Positions 1-8,921 of a stretch of DNA of 32,000 bases are shown here, in pieces (position 1 is the first letter of the stretch; each line of letters starts with the position of its first letter). The notes under the pieces were generated by a model, which was not told the origin of the DNA, searched no databases, and worked only from the letters and a program-made list of their open reading frames with translations. The position numbers and the translations under genes are program-made. This stretch comes from Pirellula staleyi DSM 6068 (lineage in GTDB: Bacteria > Planctomycetota > Planctomycetia > Pirellulales > Pirellulaceae), in contig CP001848.1 in assembly GCA_000025185.1 (NCBI GenBank), positions 5,160,001-5,192,000 of the forward strand, in the 5' to 3' direction.

Positions 1-181
1 CGCATGCAATTAACACCAGCAGGGGGCGCAAACGCTTAGCTGGCGCAAGGAGGCTGTGCCGAATCGCCTCGGCCAGATGGGTCGGGACGTCGGGGCCGTA
101 CTCGGTGGTCGCGACGAGCGCGTCGTCGACCTCGCTTCGCAGGGTTTTCGAAAGCTCACGAAAATCCGCAAATTCAAGCAT
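1..181 (-). CDS. ispA: polyprenyl diphosphate synthase (FPP/GGPP synthase family), N-terminal fragment running off the window
   Basis: Absent from the ORF track because it is truncated. Manual minus-strand translation from ATG 181-179 gives MLEFADFRELSKTLRSEVDDALVATTEYGPDVPTHLAEAIRHSLLAPAKRLRPLLVLIAC, which contains the conserved LL..(G)KRLRP.L N-terminal helix of trans-isoprenyl diphosphate synthases. It lies directly downstream of xseB, as in the E. coli xseB-ispA arrangement. An in-frame ATG at 205-203 is an alternative start. Confidence 0.6.
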   Translation of the reverse strand, partial: MLEFADFRELSKTLRSEVDDALVATTEYGPDVPTHLAEAIRHSLLAPAKRLRPLLVLIAC

Positions 182-403
182 GCCAGAGCTTTCTGTCGGC
201 CTCATGCGTCGATAAAGCGTGTCAAAGGAGGGTGGGCGCAAGGAAAGATGTCGGAATTGTATCGCTATGACGCGCAGGTGTCTATTTCCAGTTCGCCGGT
301 GGGGAAAATAGATTCCCCCTAACCCCAGATCCCCTGAGAGGATAGGTAAGCCAACGGGTTTGCCGCCATGGAACTGCTCCCCACATGGGCGACGCGCCGT
401 GCA

Positions 404-787
404 CTAATCGAGGCCGCTCAGCAGATCGGCTGCCGCATCGCCACTCGCATCACCACCAGTGGATCCTTTTTTAATCGCCCGCTTTCGACGCGCCGGAGCT
501 GCTTCGCTGGCCGCCTGCGTAGCGACATCGTCAAACGGAGCTGTCAGCGCCTCGCCTTCGGGGCTGACAGCCGTGAGCAGCTCCACGCGGCGCTCGGCTG
601 CTGCGAGAAGTCCGTAGCAATACTTCAAATGGCTCACTGCTCGTTCATAAGCCTCGATCGAAGGCCCCAATCCCAGTTGGCCCTCTTCGAGCGAACGGAC
701 CACCTGCTCGACCTTGGTGAGCGATTCTTCAAACGACAGCGACTTGTCGATGGGCTTGGGCTCGGTGGGTTTGGAGTCGGTTGACAT
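404..787 (-). CDS. xseB: exodeoxyribonuclease VII small subunit
   Basis: The segment SLSFEESLTKVEQVVRSLEEGQLGLGPSIEAYERAVSHLKYCYGLLAAAERRVELL matches the XseB helical hairpin (compare E. coli [54 protein letters not shown]). It lies downstream of xseA. I chose the start at ATG 787-785 (MSTDSKP...) rather than the ORF-track start at 838. The protein carries a ~40-aa C-terminal extension. Confidence 0.85.
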   Translation of the reverse strand: MSTDSKPTEPKPIDKSLSFEESLTKVEQVVRSLEEGQLGLGPSIEAYERAVSHLKYCYGLLAAAERRVELLTAVSPEGEALTAPFDDVATQAASEAAPARRKRAIKKGSTGGDASGDAAADLLSGLD

Positions 788-854
788 GGTCTCTCGCTTC
801 GGACGCTGCAGGAATTTTTCACACCCATGGGATCGCAAATCTATCGGCTACCAA

Positions 855-2072
855 TCAGTCGCCCGCGACGATCGAGCGAACCTCACCACCAGCAACACGT
901 GTTCGCAGGATCGTTCCATCGGGAGCGTCGGCAGGGGACTCGACGACTCGATTGTCGGCTTCGCGCTGCGTGACACTATACCCGCGACCAAGCACCGCCA
1001 AAGGACTGAGCGAATGGAGCGACGCGGCCAGTTGTGCCTGACGATCGGCGAGACGCTCGAGTTTGCGTTTCACACTCGACCGGAGTCGCTCGTCGAGCAG
1101 ATCAAGCCGTTCGGCAATCGACTGCAGTCGATCGCGAGGATGACTCAGCACGCGACGCTGCGCAAGTCCCTCGAGTCGCCGCCGCGCTTGCCGCGTGGTC
1201 GATGCCAGGGCACTGGCGAGTCGCGTCCGGGCCGACATAATGCGTTCGAGAAGCTCGGCCCTGGAAGGAACGATCCGCTCGGCTGCTTCGCTCGGAGTAA
1301 GCGCCCGCAGATCGGCCACCAGATCGGCGAGGGTGACATCGATTTCGTGACCAACAGCCGATACAACCGGGATCTCCGAAGCGTAGATGGCGCGAACGAC
1401 CGGTTCTTCATTGAAGCACCACAGGTCCTCGACACTTCCACCGCCACGTCCCACAAGCAGCACATCGGGACGATCGGCCAAGCGATTAGCAATTTGAATG
1501 CCCCGCACAATCTCGGCAGCAGCACCTTCTCCCTGCACGCGCGCGGGGATGATCAGCACCGATAGGCCGGGCCAACGACGGCGCGCGACTTCTAAAAAAT
1601 CACGCACTGCTGCGCCGGTGGGACTCGTGACAAACGCCACTTTTCGCGGGAATTTCGGAAGGGGCCGCTTTCGTGCGGGATCGAACAAGCCTTCGGCCGC
1701 GAGTTTTTTGTGCAACTGCTGAAACGCCAGTTGCATCGCTCCCATCCCTTGCGGAACCGCTTGCCGAACCACCAACTGATAGCTGCCCCGCGGCGGATAG
1801 ATATCGATATCCCCGAGGCAGAGCAGTTCCGAACCCTCTTCGATTTTGAACTTCAAACGAGATGCCGCCGAGCGCCACATCACGCAGCGCAGCTGAGCTT
1901 CGTCGTCCTTCAAGGTGAAATAGATATGCCCCGACATCGGCCGGGTGACTTCGGAGACCTCGCCCGAAACCCAGACCCCCGAGAATTGCATTTCGAGCAC
2001 GCCCCGGATCAGTCGGGTGAATTCACCCACGGAGAGCGCATTTTCGGGAGTGGACTCGTCGGTGCTCGACAA
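855..2072 (-). CDS. xseA: exodeoxyribonuclease VII large subunit
   Basis: 405 aa. N-terminal OB-fold signature: LSVGEFTRLIRGVLEMQFSGVWVSGEVSEVTRPMSGHIYFTLKDDEAQLRCVMW. Catalytic core: VAFVTSPTGAAVRDFLEVARRRWP and LLVGRGGGSVEDLWCFNEE. The C-terminal coiled-coil is followed by LSPLAVLGRGYS. The start codon is TTG at 2072-2070. Confidence 0.92.
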   Translation of the reverse strand: MSSTDESTPENALSVGEFTRLIRGVLEMQFSGVWVSGEVSEVTRPMSGHIYFTLKDDEAQLRCVMWRSAASRLKFKIEEGSELLCLGDIDIYPPRGSYQLVVRQAVPQGMGAMQLAFQQLHKKLAAEGLFDPARKRPLPKFPRKVAFVTSPTGAAVRDFLEVARRRWPGLSVLIIPARVQGEGAAAEIVRGIQIANRLADRPDVLLVGRGGGSVEDLWCFNEEPVVRAIYASEIPVVSAVGHEIDVTLADLVADLRALTPSEAAERIVPSRAELLERIMSARTRLASALASTTRQARRRLEGLAQRRVLSHPRDRLQSIAERLDLLDERLRSSVKRKLERLADRQAQLAASLHSLSPLAVLGRGYSVTQREADNRVVESPADAPDGTILRTRVAGGEVRSIVAGD

Positions 2073-2149
2073 ATTACGTCACCATGCCAAAAGGAATCGG
2101 ACGAAAGCGAAATCGCAACCCCTCGCGAGAACTTTTGCTCTCTCGCAAC

Positions 2150-2992
2150 TTAACCGCCGACCCACTCGCCACTGAAAACTTCGACGGCAGGTCCGGTTTT
2201 ATAGATGCAGTTGTCGGCTTCATTCCACTCCAGCTCGAGATCCCCCCCGAGCAAATGGATCGTCACCTTGCGCTGGGTTCGGCCTGTCAAAACACCTGCC
2301 ACGCAAACAGCCGACGCGCCGGTGCCGCAAGCGAGTGTTTCGCCACTACCACGTTCCCACGTTCGTTGTCGTAGCTCGGTGCGGCTGAGCACCTCGACAA
2401 ACTCGACATTCACGCGTCGTGGAAACATCGGCGAATGCTCGATCTTCGGCCCGATCCCCAGCACCAGTTCATCGGTCGCTTCGGGAACGAACACCACGCA
2501 GTGTGGATTGCCCATTGAAACGCTGGTCACTTCAAACGAGCGACCTCCCGCTTCGAGCGTGGCATTGACGGGTGGATTTCCTGGTAGAAGTGTCGGAATC
2601 TTAGCCGCTTCGATGATCGGCTGTCCCATGTTCACACGAACGCGATGAGCTTTTCCAGCTTTCACTTCCAGGTCGACGGTCAGAATTCCAGCCCCTGTTT
2701 GTAGACGCAGCTGCGTCGCGGTTTTGATCCCGTGGTCGTGCACAAACTTGGCGACACAGCGGAGCCCGTTGCCACACATTTCCGACTCGCTGCCGTCGGC
2801 GTTAAACATCCGCATCCAAGCATCAGCCCCTTGGTTGCTGGGGCAAATGTAGATCACGCCGTCTCCACCCACGCCAAAGTGCCGGTCCGACATTTGACGA
2901 GCCACTTCGGCCGGGTCGGCTGGAAACTGCTCGGCAAAACAGTTGATGTAAACGTAGTCGTTACCAGCACCTTGCATCTTCGTGAAACGCAT
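2150..2992 (-). CDS. dapF: diaminopimelate epimerase
   Basis: 280 aa. [17 protein letters not shown] is the canonical DapF N-terminus. Both catalytic Cys motifs are present ([12 protein letters not shown] and [11 protein letters not shown]). ATG at 2992-2990. Confidence 0.95.
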   Translation of the reverse strand: MRFTKMQGAGNDYVYINCFAEQFPADPAEVARQMSDRHFGVGGDGVIYICPSNQGADAWMRMFNADGSESEMCGNGLRCVAKFVHDHGIKTATQLRLQTGAGILTVDLEVKAGKAHRVRVNMGQPIIEAAKIPTLLPGNPPVNATLEAGGRSFEVTSVSMGNPHCVVFVPEATDELVLGIGPKIEHSPMFPRRVNVEFVEVLSRTELRQRTWERGSGETLACGTGASAVCVAGVLTGRTQRKVTIHLLGGDLELEWNEADNCIYKTGPAVEVFSGEWVGG

Positions 2993-3322
2993 CAGACTCT
3001 CGCTCGACGAGCGGCAGCGGGCACGCTCGGTCTACTCAGTGGTACTAGGAGGGGTTACTTGAAGTCGAAGCAAATCTAGGCCGCAAATTAGCCCGATGAT
3101 TCTAGCTGGTGAGTGTATCGCGACGGCTGGTTTTCCTACAGCCCCCGAAAGCAGCGGGAGCGATCGGGCCAAGCCGACCGACGGCAGAAAGCAGGACAGC
3201 CAAGGAACGCCGAAAGTTCGGCCAGCAGATAGGAGCTGTTAGGCTGCCGGCTATCGTGAGCAAGCTAGAGAGTTTGCGCGAGGAGTCTGAACAATTTCCG
3301 CTAGGATCACGAGCGCCACGCA

Positions 3323-3652
3323 CTAGCCCATCAGATCGAGCTGTGTCCCCGATTCGCCAGTGGCATCGCGACTGGCATGTGGAGGTGGCGCGGTGGGATC
3401 GGTTTCCCCTTCGCCCGGCTGTTTTCCAGCGGGCCAGACCCAAACTTGACGCCCATCGGCATCGCGGTCGCTCGTTTCGCTTTGATCGAGCACATCCCCA
3501 ATTCCCGCAGCAGCTTCGGCACTAGCGTTCGCCTGCACCTCCCGAGCATGCGCGACCGACTCGGTCTTCAGACGATCGACCTCACTCCCCTTGGTTTGTG
3601 CCAACGAGGTGGTCGCCACCGAACCTGCCATCCCTAAGGAAACGCTACTCAT
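3323..3652 (-). CDS. hypothetical small acidic protein (109 aa)
   Basis: The internal ATG at 3652-3650 is preceded by a strong Shine-Dalgarno sequence (minus strand TTAGGAGAAGTTCCCATG). Product: MSSVSLGMAGSVATTSLAQTKGSEVDRLKTESVAHAREVQANASAEAAAGIGDVLDQSETSDRDADGRQVWVWPAGKQ... The codon pattern looks coding, and the overlapping plus-strand ORF 3109-3525 is Arg-rich junk. I cannot assign a family. Confidence 0.55.
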   Translation of the reverse strand: MSSVSLGMAGSVATTSLAQTKGSEVDRLKTESVAHAREVQANASAEAAAGIGDVLDQSETSDRDADGRQVWVWPAGKQPGEGETDPTAPPPHASRDATGESGTQLDLMG

Positions 3653-3767
3653 GGGAACTTCTCCTAACGCTGCGCTGGGCCGAAGATTTCGGCGAGCGAA
3701 GCAAACCACTGCCAGTGAAGTTTAGCTCACAAAAGGCCTTCATGAGGGGAGTAAAAAAGAGACGCCT

Positions 3768-6700
3768 TTAGCGACGCCAGGGAAGCAAAGGTGTAGGACT
3801 CGTCGGGGCGGGAGGTTCGACCGTTTGCATCTCCCGCGCTAGTTCAGGAAACAGCTGCTGCAGTCGTTCGTTCAAACGTGGAAATGCCTGCTTGTTCACA
3901 ATCGGATCTTCGAGCGTTCCGGTCACTTCGATCAGCATGAATTGGCGACTCGCTTCCCCCAAGATCGGGCGGAAGATCGGGACCTGCAATTCGTCGCGTC
4001 CCACCTGGGTGTAGAACTGCAAATCGACCGTTTTTTGGGCGGTGATATGTCCCCGCCCTTTCAAACTGATCGTGTCGCCATTGAAGTCGATACGATCGAG
4101 TTCGAGATCATCCCCCTCGATCCGAAAATCGATGTTGCTCTGCGTAAAAGCAGTGCGGTTCGGCTGCTGAATACTCAGCAGCTTCAGCATCGCAATCATG
4201 ACTGGCAGTTGATAGATGTCGGCATCACGCAGACGAATCTGGCCGGTCCCTCGATGCGTGTGGGAACCGAGCGCTGTTCCGGTGAGATCCACGACGGAGA
4301 AGACACGCCCCGAGAGCCCTTGATGCCGGGGGGCGACTTCTTTCATGATCGCGGGGAGCTCGGCGTTTTCGAGCGTCGTGTGAATGCGAAACGCAGCTTC
4401 GCTGTCGAGACTCACCTGTGCATCGAGGGCCATCACGCCTCCGACGACACTCGCGGTGAGCTGACGCGGTAAACGTCCCTGCACATCGCGTTCGGCCCAG
4501 CTCCCAATCAGCAGCTGCTGAGAATCGAGCCAAAGTGGACCCTGAATACGTGTCAGCTGCACTGTTTTCACCATCGCCGAATCGATATTCAGCTCGCCGC
4601 GACAAGCGAGGCCATTGATTCCAGTCTGGCCCCACAGCCGCACTTCGCCATGCACATGCTCGATCGGCTGTTTGATCACGAGGCTGCCGTTCTCGAGATC
4701 GAACGTCAGATCCCAGTTGATTTCTGGTGGCACCTCGACCAGCGGCGAGACAATCACCCCCACATTCCCTTCCATGCAGAGGGGGCCAGCGAGACTGATT
4801 TGTGTGAGCCCTTGTCGCACGGAATCGGGCAATGCCTTGAGGAACTCGTGGTCGAGCGATATACGATCGGCCGACAGCCGCGACAGTTCGACCGTCGCGC
4901 TTCCATCCTCGAGAATCCGGCACGAACCTTCCGCCGCCACTTGGGTGCGACCATGATCGGCCCGCAAATTCTGCAGGCGCACGTTGCCATCGCGATAGTG
5001 AAACAGCCCGGTCAAGTTATCGAGGCGATAGGGGAGCCAGGCGGGCTCGATCGAAATGCTACGCCCTTCGAGGTTCTGACCCGGGGGCCATTTTTGAGCC
5101 TCGACTTCGAGCGAAACAGCGCGCGTCCGCAGGCCATACTTCAGTCGCACGACGAGGTGATCGATGTTGCCACGCGGATGCAAGTTGGTCCAGAGACGCT
5201 GAGCCCCGGGGGGAAGTGCGAGGCGAAGTTCATCTTCGAGTTGCAGGTCGGTGCCGGTGAACTGCAGCGTCAGTTCGTTGCCATCTTCAGGATTCGCAAG
5301 CCAGGTTCCTTGTCCGACGATATACCCGCTGTCGTTTCGCCCACTCAAATTGTGGAACACCCAGTCACCATCGGTCATCTGTAGTGAACCGGTGATCTTG
5401 TCGATGGGGTAGCGAAATTTGTCGTACTGGATGCTCACTTCGTGCAGATCGATTTGAGCGGTGCGATGGACCACCGGATCGCCCGGGTTACGAATGAAGT
5501 GAGCTTGAACCGAAGCACTGCCGCGCGGACTGAACGACCGCAGCAGGCGATGCGTTTTGGAGTCGACCGCAGCGAACAACTTTTCGTCGATCGGAATCGG
5601 ACCTTCGGTGACGATATCAATCCAGCCGGTAAAATCGGGCCCCGGTTTCATGATGTCGGCGCGACACCGAACCACTTGTCCGCCACCAACCGAGCGCAAG
5701 CGGACGTCGAGCTTGTCATTCTTCCAAGTGATCGTGCCGGTCCCTTCTTGGATGCGATAAGGGAACTTGTCGTACTGAATCGAGAGATCGTGACAGCGGA
5801 CGGTGACGTCGGGTTTCCAAGTGCAGCCGTCGTAGTCGAGCTTGGCAGCGATATCGATACCACCGCGCGGCAAGAATCGATTCCAGATCGAACGTAGCGA
5901 GGGGGGCAGAATTTCGACATTGATGCGATCGAGCGCCACTTGATTGGCAGTAAGTTCCAGATGCATCGGGCTCTCGAGCGAGTAGCCTTGTAGCTCGGCA
6001 TCGCCAGCCAAAACGGTGGGACCGCAGCGGGCCGAGAGATCGCTGATCAGCACGCCACGATTATCGGCGCGAATCGTCGCTTCCACATCGGTAAGTGGAT
6101 CGGGCAGCCGCGTGTCATCAATCCGACCGTCGGATATTTTTCCATGGACGACGAACTGTACCGGTGGCATCTCGCCACTTTCGGTCCGCTCGCCGCGCTG
6201 AGCATGAAAGCCAAAATAAGTCCGACCGCGAACGCTCGAGAGTGGCTCGAGCAAGTGCGATACATCTTGCGGCAATGCGCCTCGGAGACGAGGGCTGAAC
6301 TCGAGTCCCTCAACAGCACCGCGCAGATCCCAGCTTCCTTTCGAAGGTGAAACGAGCCCCTCGATTTCAATTTTTTCGAGATAGTCTCCGGTCATCGAGC
6401 CCCGCACGAGAAGCAGTGGCTTGGTGTCGTCGTCAGTCGGCTTAGATGGTACAGGCGAGCCATCGTCGCTCACTTTTACAGGCAGTTCGGGGGCGGTGGC
6501 AGCAGCGACCGATTTGGGAGTGACCTTACCATCGGAAGGCCAGCGCGGCGTGACACTCAGCTCCATGTTGCGAAGCGTGAGGGAGCCTGTCGGATTCGAT
6601 GCCGGATCGACAATTTCGAGGCTGGCATCGGAGATCGTGGCTGGGGGTGTGCTGCCACCAAAATTAGGCAAAGGGAACAGATACGAGAGGTTCCATGTGC

Positions 6701-7163
6701 CGCTCGGCTTGCGCTCGGCGCGCAGCTTCAAGCGCTTCACGCGCACACTGGTGATCTGCAGCGGCTTGGTCACGAAGTCGGGGAGCCGTGTATCGCATTC
6801 GACGAAAACCTCGTCGATTTCCGCCAAAATAGCGGGATTTTTCGACCCAACTTCAGAGACTACAATGCCGCGAAATTCGACACCCCGATCGGGAATGCGG
6901 CGGGCCGATTTCACATGCACCGCCAGGCCGGTGTAGTGGCTGCGGAGAAGCGATTCGAAATGGCGGCGGATCTCTTCATCGAGACGATCGAACCCGTAGT
7001 ACTTCAGAGCAATCAGCACCAGACCGCCGATCGTGATGATCAGCAGCAGCCGCTTAATCTCGCCAAGCAATCGCGCCACGAGTGTCGGCTTGGCTTCCGC
7101 AGCGGCAGTTGTGCGAGGTCGATCGACCGGCGCTGTTTTATGACCACGAATGGCGGTGCTCAT
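3768..7163 (-). CDS. AsmA/TamB/YhdP-like giant membrane-anchored protein (1131 aa)
   Basis: A single N-terminal TM helix (LLLIITIGGLVLIALKYYGF) is followed by >1000 aa of repetitive beta-rich sequence. The C-terminus (DTISLKGRGHITAQKTVDLQFYTQVGR...FMLIEVTGTLEDPIV) resembles the conserved C-terminal motif of AsmA-like proteins. The start is set at ATG 7163-7161, which overlaps the upstream gene's TGA (ATGA). The 103 extra N-terminal residues in the ORF track overlap the GT-C gene and are not credible. Confidence 0.65.
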   Translation of the reverse strand: MSTAIRGHKTAPVDRPRTTAAAEAKPTLVARLLGEIKRLLLIITIGGLVLIALKYYGFDRLDEEIRRHFESLLRSHYTGLAVHVKSARRIPDRGVEFRGIVVSEVGSKNPAILAEIDEVFVECDTRLPDFVTKPLQITSVRVKRLKLRAERKPSGTWNLSYLFPLPNFGGSTPPATISDASLEIVDPASNPTGSLTLRNMELSVTPRWPSDGKVTPKSVAAATAPELPVKVSDDGSPVPSKPTDDDTKPLLLVRGSMTGDYLEKIEIEGLVSPSKGSWDLRGAVEGLEFSPRLRGALPQDVSHLLEPLSSVRGRTYFGFHAQRGERTESGEMPPVQFVVHGKISDGRIDDTRLPDPLTDVEATIRADNRGVLISDLSARCGPTVLAGDAELQGYSLESPMHLELTANQVALDRINVEILPPSLRSIWNRFLPRGGIDIAAKLDYDGCTWKPDVTVRCHDLSIQYDKFPYRIQEGTGTITWKNDKLDVRLRSVGGGQVVRCRADIMKPGPDFTGWIDIVTEGPIPIDEKLFAAVDSKTHRLLRSFSPRGSASVQAHFIRNPGDPVVHRTAQIDLHEVSIQYDKFRYPIDKITGSLQMTDGDWVFHNLSGRNDSGYIVGQGTWLANPEDGNELTLQFTGTDLQLEDELRLALPPGAQRLWTNLHPRGNIDHLVVRLKYGLRTRAVSLEVEAQKWPPGQNLEGRSISIEPAWLPYRLDNLTGLFHYRDGNVRLQNLRADHGRTQVAAEGSCRILEDGSATVELSRLSADRISLDHEFLKALPDSVRQGLTQISLAGPLCMEGNVGVIVSPLVEVPPEINWDLTFDLENGSLVIKQPIEHVHGEVRLWGQTGINGLACRGELNIDSAMVKTVQLTRIQGPLWLDSQQLLIGSWAERDVQGRLPRQLTASVVGGVMALDAQVSLDSEAAFRIHTTLENAELPAIMKEVAPRHQGLSGRVFSVVDLTGTALGSHTHRGTGQIRLRDADIYQLPVMIAMLKLLSIQQPNRTAFTQSNIDFRIEGDDLELDRIDFNGDTISLKGRGHITAQKTVDLQFYTQVGRDELQVPIFRPILGEASRQFMLIEVTGTLEDPIVNKQAFPRLNERLQQLFPELAREMQTVEPPAPTSPTPLLPWRR

Positions 7164-8464
7164 GCGGTTTTCTCCGCGAGAGCAGGGGAGCGTGTGTCGA
7201 GCTTCCCTAGCGCGCACAGGCCGATCGCGGTAAGCACGATGATCAAAAACATCGCGGGCTGACGATAGCGAATCGAGCTGACGAAAATCGTGTGCAGCAG
7301 CGTGAAGTAAATCGCCGGAAGCCACAGCATCGTAAGTGGCCAGCGCTCGCCTCTTTGCCAAAGTTTCCACGAACCTGCGAAGGCCAGAAGCATGGTCGGC
7401 AGATAACTGACAAACAGCACCGCGCGAAGCATGGTGCTGCGAAACTCGGCTGCGTTGGGCAGGGGACTCCAAATGCGAGTGAACTTAACGATCGCAAGCT
7501 CGGCCACGCGCGCGGGATGCTGCACGGCCCATTCAATCGAGGCCAGCTTCATCCGGTCATCGAGGCGTGCTTCGAAGGTTCCGTTTGGTGATGACTGCTC
7601 GGCGGGGTCGAGGTCGTGCGATTTTTGCTCGTCGATAAAGCCAGCGACGAAGCGCATATCACTGGCGCCAGTAGCGGTGGGGGAGAGTCCGTCGTAGAGG
7701 CTGGCCCCGACTTGCAACGACGTCGGGACAAACTCACCCGCCACGAAATAGTTGCGTGTCCACCACGGAATCATCACTGCCACGAGTGCCGCCATCATGG
7801 CGGCCGACCAAGCGAGTGAGCGACCGCGCGGGGCCAGGAACGCGACGAGCACCGCCGCCGACAAGGGTGTGAACAACAGCCAACTCGGTCGCACAAGTGT
7901 CGCCAGACCGGCACATGCACCAGCCATCGCACCCCAGCGCAGCTGCGATCGGCTGTCGGTGGAGCGGACCATCGAAATCAGCGCGCCGACTTGCAGCAGC
8001 ATCAGGGGAATGAAGGGGGCTTCGCTGAGTAAAAAGACGCTACTGGCAATCGCTTCGGGGTAGATCGCCGCGCCAAGGGTGGCGACTTTCGACACCGCAG
8101 AGCCGGCCACGAGGCAGGCGATCCAGCCGGTCAGAAGCACCGCCATGGTGCCGAAGATCGCGCCGAGATAGCGGGCAGCGATGGTGGGAGGTTCGTCCCA
8201 GATGAGAAACAGCGGCGCGAGCAGGGCGGGATAGCCCGGTGTTCGAAAGATGCGATATTTCTCGGGACCAAACTCGTAAGGCTTGACGTGGGCAATGGTT
8301 CGGGCGAGCTCCCAGTACCCTTCGCTATCGGGAAAGCCGAATTTCTGGGTGGCCGGGACCCGTTCTTCCCACCAATGAGCGGCGATGATTCGCAGCACCA
8401 GCGCAACGCCCAGCGTGGCAGCGAGCAGCCAGCGATCGGTGGTGGTAGTGGTCATACGTCTCAT
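7160..8464 (-). CDS. GT-C fold glycosyltransferase (ArnT/PMT-like, polyprenyl-phosphate-sugar dependent)
   Basis: Polytopic membrane protein with about 10 or more hydrophobic segments. It has the acidic first-loop motif typical of ArnT/PMT_2-type enzymes (GFPDSEGYWELARTI) and an RTPGYPALLAPLF segment. The start is uncertain among the in-frame ATGs at 8524, 8464 and 8455. Confidence 0.7.
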   Translation of the reverse strand: MRRMTTTTTDRWLLAATLGVALVLRIIAAHWWEERVPATQKFGFPDSEGYWELARTIAHVKPYEFGPEKYRIFRTPGYPALLAPLFLIWDEPPTIAARYLGAIFGTMAVLLTGWIACLVAGSAVSKVATLGAAIYPEAIASSVFLLSEAPFIPLMLLQVGALISMVRSTDSRSQLRWGAMAGACAGLATLVRPSWLLFTPLSAAVLVAFLAPRGRSLAWSAAMMAALVAVMIPWWTRNYFVAGEFVPTSLQVGASLYDGLSPTATGASDMRFVAGFIDEQKSHDLDPAEQSSPNGTFEARLDDRMKLASIEWAVQHPARVAELAIVKFTRIWSPLPNAAEFRSTMLRAVLFVSYLPTMLLAFAGSWKLWQRGERWPLTMLWLPAIYFTLLHTIFVSSIRYRQPAMFLIIVLTAIGLCALGKLDTRSPALAEKTA

Positions 8465-8763
8465 CCATGAGCAGATTTCGGGCAGTTCTGCCCGCGCGCA
8501 AGGCGTCCGTGCCTGCGCATGCATGGGGATAGTACGAGTTCCTTCGCGCGGGGGTCAAGACAGAACGTGGCGATTGGCGCGACAACGCCAGCAAACTCCC
8601 CAAGTCTCCCAAACCACGCGAGAATCGCAACTTACGCCAATCTCGAGAGCCCTTGGGAGCCCAGCGATCGGCAGGGAACCTTTGATGGGTCGCAAAGCTT
8701 ACCTCTGGGGCGCGATCAGCACCAAAACAGCATGTTTTGGCCGAAGAATACGCCCTTGAACGG

Positions 8764-8791
8764 TTTACAGCCGCTTAACCACCGTTATACT
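8764..8791 (+). promoter_or_regulatory. sigma70-like promoter candidate for the MFS gene
   Basis: TTTACA (8764-8769), a 16-nt spacer, then TATACT (8786-8791). This would give a ~125-nt leader containing perfect hairpins CCAAAAC/GTTTTGG (8722-8740 lies upstream of the promoter) and AAGTTG-CCGAG-CAACTT (8886-8902), just before the GGAG ribosome-binding site. Confidence 0.35.
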
Positions 8792-8921
8792 CACACGCTT
8801 AACAACGGGCCCTTGCCGCGATGCTAGCTGCCAACCCTGGCACGCTGAGGTTGAATGCTCAAGGGCGGTTCCTCTTCCCCTCGCAAGTTGCCGAGCAACT
8901 TTACCTCTCCCGGAGCGTTCC

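Noticed and set aside
56-322. Plus-strand ORF of 88 aa at the window start
   Set aside because: It overlaps the 5' end and upstream region of the minus-strand ispA-like gene and has no motif or ribosome-binding site. The minus-strand translation carries the KRLRP polyprenyl synthase signature.
3109-3525. Plus-strand ORF of 138 aa overlapping the small acidic protein gene
   Set aside because: The product is Arg/Pro-rich and non-protein-like, with no ribosome-binding site. The minus-strand ORF has a strong AGGAG site and a coding-like codon pattern.
7164-7472. 103-codon N-terminal extension of the AsmA-like ORF in the track (ORF 3768-7472)
   Set aside because: The extension lies entirely inside the GT-C glycosyltransferase gene in another frame and is Arg/Ala/His-rich. 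The internal ATG at 7163 gives a sensible short cytoplasmic N-terminus plus TM helix, and a classic ATGA overlap with the upstream stop.
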